Below, in pieces: positions 13,988 through 22,906 of a stretch of DNA of 32,000 nt. The stretch comes from Candidatus Micrarchaeum sp. (GTDB lineage Archaea > Micrarchaeota > Micrarchaeia > Micrarchaeales > Micrarchaeaceae), in contig NZ_CP060530.1 in NCBI RefSeq assembly GCF_016806735.1, forward strand, positions 90,001-122,000. Reading direction: 5' to 3'. Both the position numbers and the translations under genes were made by a program. Under the pieces are notes generated by a model that had not been told where the DNA came from, made no database searches, and worked only from the letters and a program-made list of their open reading frames with translations. Every line of letters starts with the position of its first letter. Positions within the stretch are counted from its first letter, which is position 1.

Positions 13988-15115
13988 TCACTTCTTCCTG
14001 CGCATTGCATATGCTATCACTGCTGCTATCAGTATGATTATAATTGCCGCTGCATAGTAATCTGTGCTGCTGTTATTGCTGCTTGTGTACGGCGCAGTGG
14101 TCGATATTGTAGTAGGTGTAGTAGTCGGTATTGTGGACACTGTTGTTGGGGCAGTAGATGTTGTAGTTACGTTGCTTGGCTTTATCATAAACACCCACAT
14201 TACCGGCTTGAAGAATTGCGTGTTTACTATATCTTCGGCAGTGCTGTTGTATGTCCATACGTCGGCAAATTTGTAACTGCCTCCTATATAGCTGGTGTTA
14301 ACCTGCTTGCCACCTAAAAATGTCCATGAAGTCCAGCTTGAGTTGTATTGTGCAGTCGTTATAAGCGGCATGTCTGCTCCGGTCGCATTCACGAAGCTAA
14401 TGGCAGGGCTTATCAGCCCGTTTACCAGGTATGCAAATCCGTATGTCACTATATCCTTGCTCGCGCTTGACGGAGCTGACAGATTTGATATGGTGTATAT
14501 TGCCAGTGTGAAGTTGTAGCTTGAAAGCGTCTTGTTGCCCATCTCAACATATGTTCCTGCAGGGACTGTGACATTTATCAGCTTTCCGTCCATTGCCATT
14601 AGCGAGAATCTGGCACCCTTGGTTGCATTAACTGCTTTTGTGGTTGAATTATAAAGCGAGAATGCAGGCACAGTCGTAGGGGGAACTGTCGTAGTAGTGT
14701 TTACTGCGCTTGTCTTAACGAAAACGGTAAACAGCGCGTTGGTTACTGACGGATCGTCTCCAGTAGCATTCAGAAGTACTGCATACCTCCCTGGCTTGGT
14801 GGCACTCGATACCTTTATCGTCATTACTCCTGTGTAATTTGGATCCGAATAGGTTTTGCTTAAGCTTACGTTTATGCCCTCATTGCTAAGGTTCGCCGAA
14901 TTGACCAGATTGGTATTGGTGCCCCATACCTTTCCGCTTGTAAGGCTTACGGTGTATGATACTGTTCCCGCAGCACCTGGGGCTATTGTCAAATTGGCAG
15001 AGGAGAAAGTTATCTTGGATGTACCTATCCCAGAAGCAAAAGAGACTGTACTAAGCAGTACAAACGAGAATATTGTTAGCATTGCCGCTGATTTCGCGTT
15101 CATAAAACAACCCAT
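13988..15115 (-). CDS. Membrane-anchored surface (glyco)protein with a signal peptide and Thr-rich stalk
   Basis: The signal-like N-terminus is M(GCFM)NAKSAAMLTIFSFVLLSTVSFASG. The track ORF opens at TTG 15127, with ATGs at 15115 and 15103. I count ~19 N-x-S/T sequons by hand. The C-terminus has a stalk (TTTSTAPTTVSTIPTTTPTTISTTAP), a TM segment (AAAIIIILIAAVIAYA) and RRKK. Confidence 0.75.
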   Translation of the reverse strand: MGCFMNAKSAAMLTIFSFVLLSTVSFASGIGTSKITFSSANLTIAPGAAGTVSYTVSLTSGKVWGTNTNLVNSANLSNEGINVSLSKTYSDPNYTGVMTIKVSSATKPGRYAVLLNATGDDPSVTNALFTVFVKTSAVNTTTTVPPTTVPAFSLYNSTTKAVNATKGARFSLMAMDGKLINVTVPAGTYVEMGNKTLSSYNFTLAIYTISNLSAPSSASKDIVTYGFAYLVNGLISPAISFVNATGADMPLITTAQYNSSWTSWTFLGGKQVNTSYIGGSYKFADVWTYNSTAEDIVNTQFFKPVMWVFMIKPSNVTTTSTAPTTVSTIPTTTPTTISTTAPYTSSNNSSTDYYAAAIIIILIAAVIAYAMRRKK

Positions 15116-15192
15116 GAATATCTCCAAGCTAAAAAATAAAAAAGGTTGCTTTGACCGCTTTACGCAATGTAAAAAAGAGTGTTAAAACATAA

Positions 15193-15310
15193 GTGCCAAA
15201 CAGCAACATGCTTTCCCATCCGCAGACAGTACACACATATCGTGAGCAGGCTTAGCTTCCGAGTTCGGAATGGGATCGGGCGTTTCCCTGCTCCTATTAC
15301 CGTTTGGCAT
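15193..15310 (-). rRNA. rrf: 5S ribosomal RNA
   Basis: The minus strand reads TGCCAAACGG...GGGAAACGCCCGATCCCATTCCGAACTCGGAAGCTAAGCCTGCTC...CTGTTTGGCAC. It has the hallmark CCGAACYCGGAAGYTAAGC loop C/helix III region, and the terminal helix I pairs (GCCAAACRG/CTGTTTGGC). Ends are good to +/-2 nt. Confidence 0.9.
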
Positions 15311-15316
15311 TGTATT

Positions 15317-16348
15317 TTAATCTTTAAGGTTTAAAAACGTTGCGCTTGCATGCTTCCTTAAGCCTTTTTCTGCTATATCGTAAGCCATTTCTGAATAAGG
15401 GTTGCTTTTTGCTATTTCCACCGCTACCCACTCCTCTGATTTTATAGCTTCAGCGTTTTCCAGCATCTGGGTAAACTTTGCGGTAGCTGCTTTCTTATGA
15501 TCCACGTGCAATTTTCCGGAAAGCTCAACCACGCTGTCGTAGAACCCAAGGGCAAAAGCGTGCCTGAGCACCTGCGATACCGCCATGGCTTTTTCGTGCT
15601 CCCCCATGCTCATTTTCACAGGGACCAAACCCGTGGAAGACCAGAATCTCGAAGCTTCCTCCGCTTCTTCGGATGTGCAGTTGTCAGTTATTATTGCTAT
15701 TTTAGAGCCTGCATAAGCATCCTCCATCCCAAAGAGCGGATGCGTAGATATCAGCCTCATCTTCGCTTCAGAGGCAAGTTCCCCGGACTTTTCCCAAAAT
15801 TCGGTTTTAGAAGAGGATATGTCCATAAGCGTATCGCATTTGCAATTTGCAACCAGAGCAAGAAGCTTTCTGTCTAGAACTTCCGGAGGAACGCAAAGCA
15901 ATATGTAATCAGCAGCAATGTCATTTTCGGGAAGCGGTTCTGCTCCTATAAGGTCAGAAAGCTCTTTCGCTTTTTGCTTGTTTCTCCCAGTTACATAAAC
16001 GACATGGCCCGAGTTGCATGCAAGCATTCCCAGCGCTTCTGCCATGCTTCCTGTCCCAAGTATGACTATCTTTTTAGTATCCTTATGCCTTTCCTGCCTG
16101 TGTTTGGAAAAACTCAGTATGCTTTCCAATATTGGCATCAGCATTTTGCTGTCAAGCCCACGCTCTTTGCCTTCTGCTTTCCATTTTTGCGCGATTTCTT
16201 TTTCCCTTTCGGGATCGTATATCTCCATTCCCATGGACTTTTTCAGGTTTCCTATCTCCCCTGCAACTGCAAATCGCTTTGATATAAGCCCTAAAATTTC
16301 GCTATCTATCCTATCAATTTCTTTCCTGAGTTCTTTCAAGTTTTCCAA
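15317..16348 (-). CDS. tyrA: Bifunctional chorismate mutase / prephenate dehydrogenase (TyrA-type fusion)
   Basis: The N-terminal AroQ chorismate mutase motif is LRKEIDRIDSEILGLISKRFAVAGEIGNLK. It is followed by the Rossmann motif KKIVILGTGSMAEALG and a prephenate dehydrogenase-like core (LISTHPLFG). The only usable start is TTG at 16348, because a stop lies 3 codons upstream and there is no nearby ATG. Confidence 0.85.
   Translation of the reverse strand: MENLKELRKEIDRIDSEILGLISKRFAVAGEIGNLKKSMGMEIYDPEREKEIAQKWKAEGKERGLDSKMLMPILESILSFSKHRQERHKDTKKIVILGTGSMAEALGMLACNSGHVVYVTGRNKQKAKELSDLIGAEPLPENDIAADYILLCVPPEVLDRKLLALVANCKCDTLMDISSSKTEFWEKSGELASEAKMRLISTHPLFGMEDAYAGSKIAIITDNCTSEEAEEASRFWSSTGLVPVKMSMGEHEKAMAVSQVLRHAFALGFYDSVVELSGKLHVDHKKAATAKFTQMLENAEAIKSEEWVAVEIAKSNPYSEMAYDIAEKGLRKHASATFLNLKD
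15330..15337 (-). promoter_or_regulatory. TATA-like box for 5S rRNA, embedded in the last codons of tyrA
   Basis: The minus strand reads TTTTTAAA about 21-28 nt upstream of the inferred 5S 5' end. It falls within the codons for ...TFLNLKD-stop of the upstream gene. Confidence 0.3.
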
Positions 16349-16438
16349 CGACGCACCTCATGCCAATTAAAAAGGAATGCAAAACTATGCCGCCAGAGTG
16401 TGCTGCAACCGTGATTGCAGATATAAACCAACGCGTCT

Positions 16439-17461
16439 TCACTTGTCTCTTTTGTATAGTTTCTGCATTGCGGATATTATTATGTCCGTATATTCGTTCT
16501 TGGGTATAGTGCTGGCGTATTGCTCTACAAGCTCCTGCGCCTTGCTTCCGTATTTTTCCGCCACGCCCTTGGCATAACCTATGCCGTCGTACTTTTCTAT
16601 GATTGACCTTAGATAATCTATTTCCTCCTGCGTTTTCTCCTGCCTTTTTTTCCTGTATATGGCATCTATCTTCTGCTTTTCCTCTTGAGTAGCGCTCTTG
16701 TACGAATGCAGTATTATCAGCGTTAGCTTTCCTTCGTAGAGGTCCCCAAAGTTCTTCTTTCCAAACTTTTTCTCGTCTGCAGTCATGTCAAGGATATCGT
16801 CTGTTATCTGAAATGCGATCCCTGCGTTCTCTCCCACTTTCTTTAACAGCTCGAGCGTTTCGTCGCTTTGGCCTGCTACGATGGCCCCTAGCTGCATCGG
16901 CCCATAAACAGTATAATAGCACGTCTTGCTGTCAACTATTCTCATATAAAGGCTTTCGTCTGCCTTGCTCAGGTCCTTGGTGTCCTGTATGAAAGTGTTT
17001 TCAATATATTGGCCCTCTACGGTATAAGCCATCATGTCGTAGAATTTCTCATACAGCCTGTTGCCCTTTTCTACTCCTGCCTGTATTATGTAGTCCTTGA
17101 GCATCTTCCACATCGCTATCTGTCCTGTATCGCTTGCATCTATGGCATGCACGATTCCGTATTTTTTGTGCAATGCCGGCAAACCTCTCCTCAGATCCGA
17201 ATCGTCCTCTATGTCATCCTGTATCAGTATCCAGTCTTCGGAAAGCTGCTGCGCAGCGGCTGGAAGCAGTGCATCTTCTGGTGTGGCTCCGTAAAGCTGT
17301 GCGGTTAGCATTACAAGCCCAGGCCTCCTGTAGCTGCCCTGCCTGTCTATGTAGTCCCTGGTTATCTTATAATGGCCCAGCGGCTCCTTCATAGGCACGT
17401 ATTCGCATATCTTGTCGTATACGAGCTTCCTGTAATTTTCTATGTATTCCAAGAAATCCAT
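16439..17461 (-). CDS. Trans-polyprenyl diphosphate synthase (geranylgeranyl diphosphate synthase-like)
   Basis: The first Asp-rich motif is QDDIEDDSDLRRG and the second is FQITDDILD. The likely start is ATG at 17461 (MDFLEYIEN...); the 17 upstream codons in the track ORF look spurious. Confidence 0.85.
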   Translation of the reverse strand: MDFLEYIENYRKLVYDKICEYVPMKEPLGHYKITRDYIDRQGSYRRPGLVMLTAQLYGATPEDALLPAAAQQLSEDWILIQDDIEDDSDLRRGLPALHKKYGIVHAIDASDTGQIAMWKMLKDYIIQAGVEKGNRLYEKFYDMMAYTVEGQYIENTFIQDTKDLSKADESLYMRIVDSKTCYYTVYGPMQLGAIVAGQSDETLELLKKVGENAGIAFQITDDILDMTADEKKFGKKNFGDLYEGKLTLIILHSYKSATQEEKQKIDAIYRKKRQEKTQEEIDYLRSIIEKYDGIGYAKGVAEKYGSKAQELVEQYASTIPKNEYTDIIISAMQKLYKRDK

Positions 17462-17531
17462 AAGTATCGTAGTTTTTAATATGGTTAAAGATAAAATGGT
17501 TAGCATAGGCATAATAAACTGACGAAGTGAT

Positions 17532-18137
17532 TTGCTGTTCGTAAAAAATGGGGTAAAAATAACAGAATGTCATGACGTCTACAGGCCAAGAGAAGATTCG
17601 GATCTGCTGTCTGAGGCAGTGCAGCGACTAGCTTCCGGCAAAACCCTTGACGTTGGCACAGGCACAGGGATACAGGGCATAATAGCGGCAAAGAAGGGCT
17701 GCGAGGTTACTTTTTCAGACGTAAGCATACACGCGATAAGATGCGCAAGGCACAACGCCGAGCAGAATGATGTGGAGGGCACATTTGTGGTTAGCGATCT
17801 TTTCGAAGACATAAGAGGAAGGTTTGACACAATAATATTCAATCCTCCTTACCTGGAATCCGCTCGCCTTGGGGCCGAAACGAAAGACTACCTGAAAATT
17901 GCAACCGATGGCGGAGAAGATGGCCGCGATCTAATAGATCGGTTCATCAAAGACTCGTTCAGCCACCTATCTGCAAATGGGAGAGTGATAATGGTCGAGA
18001 GCACGGTGAACAAATACGATCTAGATGTAGAAACGCTGAATGCTCAGGTGCTGGGCAAAAAGCACATGTTTTTTGAGGATATAGTTGTAATAACATATAA
18101 AAACAACAAGAAAAGGGGTGTTTTTGGTTGGAGATGA
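17532..18137 (+). CDS. HemK/Mtq2-type SAM-dependent methyltransferase (NPPY class)
   Basis: VYRPREDSDLL, the AdoMet motif LDVGTGTGIQG and the catalytic motif IIFNPPY are present. The size (~200 aa) fits the archaeal Mtq2-like family. Start is TTG. Confidence 0.75.
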   Translation: MLFVKNGVKITECHDVYRPREDSDLLSEAVQRLASGKTLDVGTGTGIQGIIAAKKGCEVTFSDVSIHAIRCARHNAEQNDVEGTFVVSDLFEDIRGRFDTIIFNPPYLESARLGAETKDYLKIATDGGEDGRDLIDRFIKDSFSHLSANGRVIMVESTVNKYDLDVETLNAQVLGKKHMFFEDIVVITYKNNKKRGVFGWR

Positions 18138-18610
18138 GCGCTTATGAAGTATACAAGAAGGACGACTGGCAGTGCATAATAGGTCATGCGGGCTTCATAA
18201 AAACTGTGGAGGATCTCTACGGGGCAATGGCTTCTGCGGCCCCCAACGTGAAATTCGGCCTTGCCTTTGTCGAAGCGAGCGGAGAAAGATTGGTAAGGTA
18301 CGAAGGGAACGACAATGAGCTCACAGAAGCTGCTAAAAAGAACGCCCTTGGCATAGCGGCAGGACATACCTTCATAATACTTTTTACCGGCGCTTTTCCC
18401 ATAAACGTTGTCAATGCCGTAAGGTCGGTCCCGGAAGTATCCGAAATATTCTGTGCTACCGCAAACAGAGTGCAGGTAGTAATGGTTTCTACAGACCTAG
18501 GAAAGGCAGTAATTGGTGTGGTGGATGGACAGACGTGCATTGGGGTTGAAGATGAAGAACACATAAAGCAAAGAAGGGAAATGCTAAAGAAATTCGGCTA
18601 CAAGCCCTGA
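18134..18610 (+). CDS. Adenosine-specific kinase family protein (PF04008-like)
   Basis: IGHAGFIKTVEDL, KFGLAFVEASGERLVRYEGND, AAGHTFII, FPINVVNAV and CATANRVQVV...GVVDG match my memory of the family pattern. The ATG overlaps the upstream TGA (ATGA at 18134-18137). Confidence 0.7.
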   Translation: MSAYEVYKKDDWQCIIGHAGFIKTVEDLYGAMASAAPNVKFGLAFVEASGERLVRYEGNDNELTEAAKKNALGIAAGHTFIILFTGAFPINVVNAVRSVPEVSEIFCATANRVQVVMVSTDLGKAVIGVVDGQTCIGVEDEEHIKQRREMLKKFGYKP

Positions 18611-18613
18611 TTT

Positions 18614-20314
18614 TCAGCGCTTCGTTTTCGCGGTTTTAAATGCACTTATAACCAATAGATAAAGCCCAGCTATAATCAGCGTAGTGAAAAGAAAAATTAC
18701 GAGCAGTTCAAGCATATGCAAATAGAGGCCCCCCTCAAAGTTGTTTACCTTAGGCGCACCGGGCTGAACTGTGGTTGTCGTTTTAGGTATGGTGCTTGAT
18801 GTGGTGGTGGAGTTATAATCTATGGTTGTAGTTACGATGTCAAAAGAGCTGTTGTACGACTTTATGCTTGAACTGTGGGCTAGGGTCCCGTTATGCGAAT
18901 ATCCTATCAGTTCGGTATTGTACAAGTAAAGGCTGGAATCGTTAAGAATGAAAGGCACATTGGTGTCATTGTTTGCAGTTATCGTGCTGTTATATATGCT
19001 CATGTTTTTGGATCCTAAGGCGTCAATCGCATTTCCGTATATCCTGCAATTCTCCAAAGCGAGATTGTTCGCATTGATGGCATGTATGCTTGTATTCGTA
19101 GAGTTTATTATTCCGCCTAAGCAGTTTATCTTTATGTTGCTGTTGGTTACTGTCAATGTGGTATTGCAAGTCTGGTTTGAAGGGAAGAACGTATTAAGCA
19201 TACCAAGGTACTTGTAAGCCATTGTGTAATATCCCGGCATGAAAATGGCCGGCTCTTTCTCCGTGCAGAACGCCAGCCCTACTCCATATGTCTCGGTGGT
19301 TGAGTTGTCGTGCTCCTGAAATTCTGGGGATTTAAGCACGGCTATGGTTTCGTGTATTCCAGGGGTTTGAACTCCACGGTCATAGTTATAGTTGCCGTTA
19401 GTCACGTTGTGGACCTCATACATTATCCTGCCTTCTGGGGAAACCTGATACCCTTTCCAGAAATAGAATGTCATATTGGTGGCATTGCTGTATTTTACCA
19501 CGGTGTAGTTCCAGTACATGGACGTGTTATCTGGAAACTGGACGTTCTCAGTCATGCGCGGATATACGAGCGTCGGTGTGAAGTTGACGTTTGAGGTTAT
19601 GTTTATGACTTTGAACGTAAGCTCATCCCAGCCCCAGAACGGGCTTATAAAAAAATAGGGGTTGTAGCTGAACGTGTGGTTTTTGTATATGCTGTAAGCC
19701 TCTACAGCAAAGCGTTGTGGGCCTAAGAGCACTGGTCCTGGCGGAACTGCGCCAAAACGCGGCAGGATATAATTGTTTATCTGTGCATCCTGGACTATCT
19801 GCTCATATGTTGTCTGCTGGGAACCCCCTACTCCTGGATTGAATTTGACAAGCGCATCCGGCATTATCGCAGCGAAGCCGCCGAGGGAATAGTTTCCATT
19901 TGGGCCTTTCGGGACAAAAACGAAGTAATATCCAACCGCCAAGTTAGAGGAATTTCCCAAGAAGCTAGTGTTGTAGCTGCCATACGGGCTTATTATGTTG
20001 TTCTGTGCGTCGTGCATGCTTGCTATTCTGGCATTGTTAAACGTGCAGTTGAAAAGCGTATTGTTGTACGTATTGTTGCCGAAAAGCACACTCCTTACGC
20101 TAGATCCTGGTCCACAGTAAACTTTGGCTTGTGACACTCCTGCTGGAAAGCTTATGGCCGTATCGCTGCAAGAAGAACCTATGCTATAAGTCCCGTTGGA
20201 GCTCACAGCCATATTGCAGTAAGATCCTGCATTCGCCGCATGGGCAACGCCGCCGTACAGCATCAAGGCTAGCATAACGCCAAAGAATGCAGCAAGCAAT
20301 GCCTTATTTGCCAT
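18614..20314 (-). CDS. Large anchored surface (glyco)protein with beta-helix-like Asn-rich repeats
   Basis: The signal peptide is MANKALLAAFFGVMLALMLYGGVAHA (ATG 20314; the track ORF opens at TTG 20341). Repeats such as NSNIKINCLGGIINSTNTSIHAINANNLALENCRIYGNAIDALGSKNMSIYNSTITANND resemble parallel beta-helix (PbH1) units. I count ~27 N-x-S/T sequons by hand. The C-terminus has a Thr-rich stalk, a TM segment and KTAKTKR. Confidence 0.75.
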   Translation of the reverse strand: MANKALLAAFFGVMLALMLYGGVAHAANAGSYCNMAVSSNGTYSIGSSCSDTAISFPAGVSQAKVYCGPGSSVRSVLFGNNTYNNTLFNCTFNNARIASMHDAQNNIISPYGSYNTSFLGNSSNLAVGYYFVFVPKGPNGNYSLGGFAAIMPDALVKFNPGVGGSQQTTYEQIVQDAQINNYILPRFGAVPPGPVLLGPQRFAVEAYSIYKNHTFSYNPYFFISPFWGWDELTFKVINITSNVNFTPTLVYPRMTENVQFPDNTSMYWNYTVVKYSNATNMTFYFWKGYQVSPEGRIMYEVHNVTNGNYNYDRGVQTPGIHETIAVLKSPEFQEHDNSTTETYGVGLAFCTEKEPAIFMPGYYTMAYKYLGMLNTFFPSNQTCNTTLTVTNSNIKINCLGGIINSTNTSIHAINANNLALENCRIYGNAIDALGSKNMSIYNSTITANNDTNVPFILNDSSLYLYNTELIGYSHNGTLAHSSSIKSYNSSFDIVTTTIDYNSTTTSSTIPKTTTTVQPGAPKVNNFEGGLYLHMLELLVIFLFTTLIIAGLYLLVISAFKTAKTKR

Positions 20315-20374
20315 ATAAGCACAAACGGGTTTTTTTAGCAAAGTTCTTTATCCCTTTTCAATATTGACAATTTC

Positions 20375-22123
20375 TCACTTTACATAATAAACGTTTGTCG
20401 GAACGTACGGCAGCGAAGGCGTTTCGTATTCTATGAAATATTCTGGTATGCCCTTGGGTTTTGAAACATTGAAGACGTTTATCCAGTTGTTGCAGTGCGC
20501 TGGCCCGTGCCATATTACATAACTGCCGTTGTAGAAATCACCGCACGAGGTCGAGTTGTCTATTTCAAAATGCAGCATGCTTGTAGACGGGTCTCCCAGG
20601 TATTCTGGCATGTTGGAGCCGGTGTATGGGACCACTGCATTGTTGTAGAACGCCTCCGTGTATATCGGAGTCGTGGCAGTCGCATTGCTGTCATACCTTA
20701 TGTACCTTCCTGCCTGTATGGATATCGACTCTGGGTAATACTGCCAGTAATACCAGAAAGTCGATACTACGCTATTGTTGAAATACATCACCGCCAACAG
20801 GCCTACGATCAATATTATTCCAGGAATTAAGAAGTAAAGCCTTTTGAATTCGGTGAGCTTTGAAAAGGCAATGCCCACCATGACCGAAGCCGCGGGTATC
20901 GTTATTATGAGAAATCTTCCAAGCCTGTAAGCAAGTATGTAATGAATGCTCAGCGGATCAAGGCTTATGCCAGCTGACATCGGCCCAAACTGCAGAAAAA
21001 GGAACATGAATGCAAACCATATCCCTGCGAAAAGCGCTTTTCTCTCCCTTGCAAGCACCAGTATTATTATTGCAAGCACAACCACGTAGAACGAAATTCC
21101 GAATTCTGTCAGCGTGCCTATCCCAAAGACATTGTTGCCAATGGTGTTGAGCAACTGGCCCAAGCTCATATGCAGCATGAGCATGCTTATGAAGTGGTAC
21201 GGAAACATGTCGTTTGGATAGAACATCAAGCTCACGTCTGTAGTGGGTATGGTTGGCAGGCCATTGATTGAACTCCCTACTGCGCTGTAAAAGTTTAGGT
21301 TTCTGGTCACTGTAACGTACGGTCCGGAATTGGAGAAGTAGGCGCTGAATATGAATGTCAGCAAAAACCCGATTATTACCCCTAAGGCAAGAAATACGCT
21401 TCCCTGCTTGCCAAGCCAATCATAAAAATGCCTGGCCTGGCTGTATATTTTTCCGTACCTTCCCTTTGCCAGATGGTCAAAGAACGCATAGAACGAATTT
21501 ACCACGGCGTTGCCAAAGTGCTTCCTATGCTCGTAAAAGCGCTTAATCGTGTAATAAAGCGCCATCACCAAAACAAATGCAATCACTACTCCTGCCTCAT
21601 AGCTTATCAGCCAGTCGGCAACTAGCAAGATCCCGCTTGCAATGTAATATTTCGGTCTATGGGTCTTGATGCCGTACAGAAGCATAAGTATGGCCAGCGA
21701 AGAAATGAACATCAGCGGAGGATCTTCGCCAGTTGTAACTGCGTATTTCGTCAGCAGGGGAAATATGCTCAAGGTAAACGCTGCGAACAGCCCTGCCTTG
21801 TTGCTATAAAAGAATCTTCCAAGCAGGAACGTGACTATTATTGCGCCTAGGTATGAAAATATATCCCATGCCGATGCAGAATATGTGTGTACACCAAATA
21901 TTGCGTAAAACATTGCTATCGGGGCGAACTGCATTACTCTTAGAGAAAATATGTAGCCCGGATTCATTATGTATGTGCCCTGTATCATGGAGCTGGCAAG
22001 GTAGAGATAGTTTGGGTCGTCGCCGTAAACGCTCGGACCCTCGTAATGGGTGAAGGCGTAATACGATGCATTCGCAACTATTATTGCAAGTATAAAATAA
22101 ACCAGTGCGGTTTTTCTGTTCAT
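20375..22123 (-). CDS. Polytopic membrane glycosyltransferase, GT-C fold (PMT_2/ArnT-like)
   Basis: It has at least 10 hydrophobic segments. An acidic loop lies right after TM1 (YEGPSVYGDDPNYLYLASSM), and there is a ~110-aa C-terminal soluble domain. The ATG overlaps the stop of the upstream gene (ATGA at 22120-22123). Confidence 0.6.
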   Translation of the reverse strand: MNRKTALVYFILAIIVANASYYAFTHYEGPSVYGDDPNYLYLASSMIQGTYIMNPGYIFSLRVMQFAPIAMFYAIFGVHTYSASAWDIFSYLGAIIVTFLLGRFFYSNKAGLFAAFTLSIFPLLTKYAVTTGEDPPLMFISSLAILMLLYGIKTHRPKYYIASGILLVADWLISYEAGVVIAFVLVMALYYTIKRFYEHRKHFGNAVVNSFYAFFDHLAKGRYGKIYSQARHFYDWLGKQGSVFLALGVIIGFLLTFIFSAYFSNSGPYVTVTRNLNFYSAVGSSINGLPTIPTTDVSLMFYPNDMFPYHFISMLMLHMSLGQLLNTIGNNVFGIGTLTEFGISFYVVVLAIIILVLARERKALFAGIWFAFMFLFLQFGPMSAGISLDPLSIHYILAYRLGRFLIITIPAASVMVGIAFSKLTEFKRLYFLIPGIILIVGLLAVMYFNNSVVSTFWYYWQYYPESISIQAGRYIRYDSNATATTPIYTEAFYNNAVVPYTGSNMPEYLGDPSTSMLHFEIDNSTSCGDFYNGSYVIWHGPAHCNNWINVFNVSKPKGIPEYFIEYETPSLPYVPTNVYYVK

Positions 22124-22824
22124 GAAACTTTCACGCTCGCGCAGTTATCCGATAAGAAGTTCAGCATGCTGGAGTTGTGGACATATGTACCGTTGAAGCT
22201 TAAATAACTGAATTGCCCTCCACTGTGCGTATCATTAAGGTATGCAAGGAAAAGCCCGCCGCAGAAATTCCAAGTTTTTCCACTCGCGTTGGATGTTGGC
22301 TCCAAGTAAACGGTTTCCTGCAGGTAATTCGAAGGGTTCAAGCCTGTAGGTACTCCCATGGTAGAATTTTTGAGTACGAAATATTTGGAAACATTCACCA
22401 AGTTGTCATATACGAGAAGGTTATCAGCTCCAGAGCTTCTGTATCCAAAATAATATAGGTTGACTGTCTTCTGAAGGAATGCGGTGCTGTTGTAATCCCC
22501 TGTATTGAAACCGAAATAGCCATTGTAAAGTATGCGTATTGAAAACAGCTTCCCGGGCTTAATATCCTGAGCGCTCGAGTTAACTGTTATTGCATTTATA
22601 CCGACCATCTCGGCGGTGCCTTTGAGCTTTCCATTATTTGAGTATATGTACTCGTAAGTTATATTTTTTACCCTGCTTATCTGCTCAGCAATCCCGCTGT
22701 TCTGGGAACCTACATTCACATTTGTACGATGTAGATTTGATGCATGCGCCTCTTGGGCATAAAGAAGTATGCCTGCGAGTATTATTACAAATATCAATGT
22801 CAATGTAAAAGCGCTCAAGTGCAT
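22120..22824 (-). CDS. Secreted/anchored protein with an N-terminal signal anchor, hypothetical
   Basis: The N-terminus is MHLSAFTLTLIFVIILAGILLYAQEAHA. It has about 9-10 N-x-S/T sequons. It is the first gene of the minus-strand three-gene set. Confidence 0.6.
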   Translation of the reverse strand: MHLSAFTLTLIFVIILAGILLYAQEAHASNLHRTNVNVGSQNSGIAEQISRVKNITYEYIYSNNGKLKGTAEMVGINAITVNSSAQDIKPGKLFSIRILYNGYFGFNTGDYNSTAFLQKTVNLYYFGYRSSGADNLLVYDNLVNVSKYFVLKNSTMGVPTGLNPSNYLQETVYLEPTSNASGKTWNFCGGLFLAYLNDTHSGGQFSYLSFNGTYVHNSSMLNFLSDNCASVKVS

Positions 22825-22906
22825 CCTATGTACCCCTGACTAACTGATTTTATAAAATCGCTATAATAATCTTTATAACTTTACAAATATAATAAATTGT
22901 GTTTCG

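Noticed and set aside
15497-16370. Plus-strand ORFs (126, 102 and 118 aa) antisense to tyrA. Similar antisense or alternative-frame ORFs occur within GGPPS (17009-17394), the GT-C gene (20495-21850), carB (28662-30926) and carA (31226-31505).
   Set aside because: All lie inside strongly supported genes and have Arg/Ser/Cys/Pro-rich or otherwise noise-like translations.
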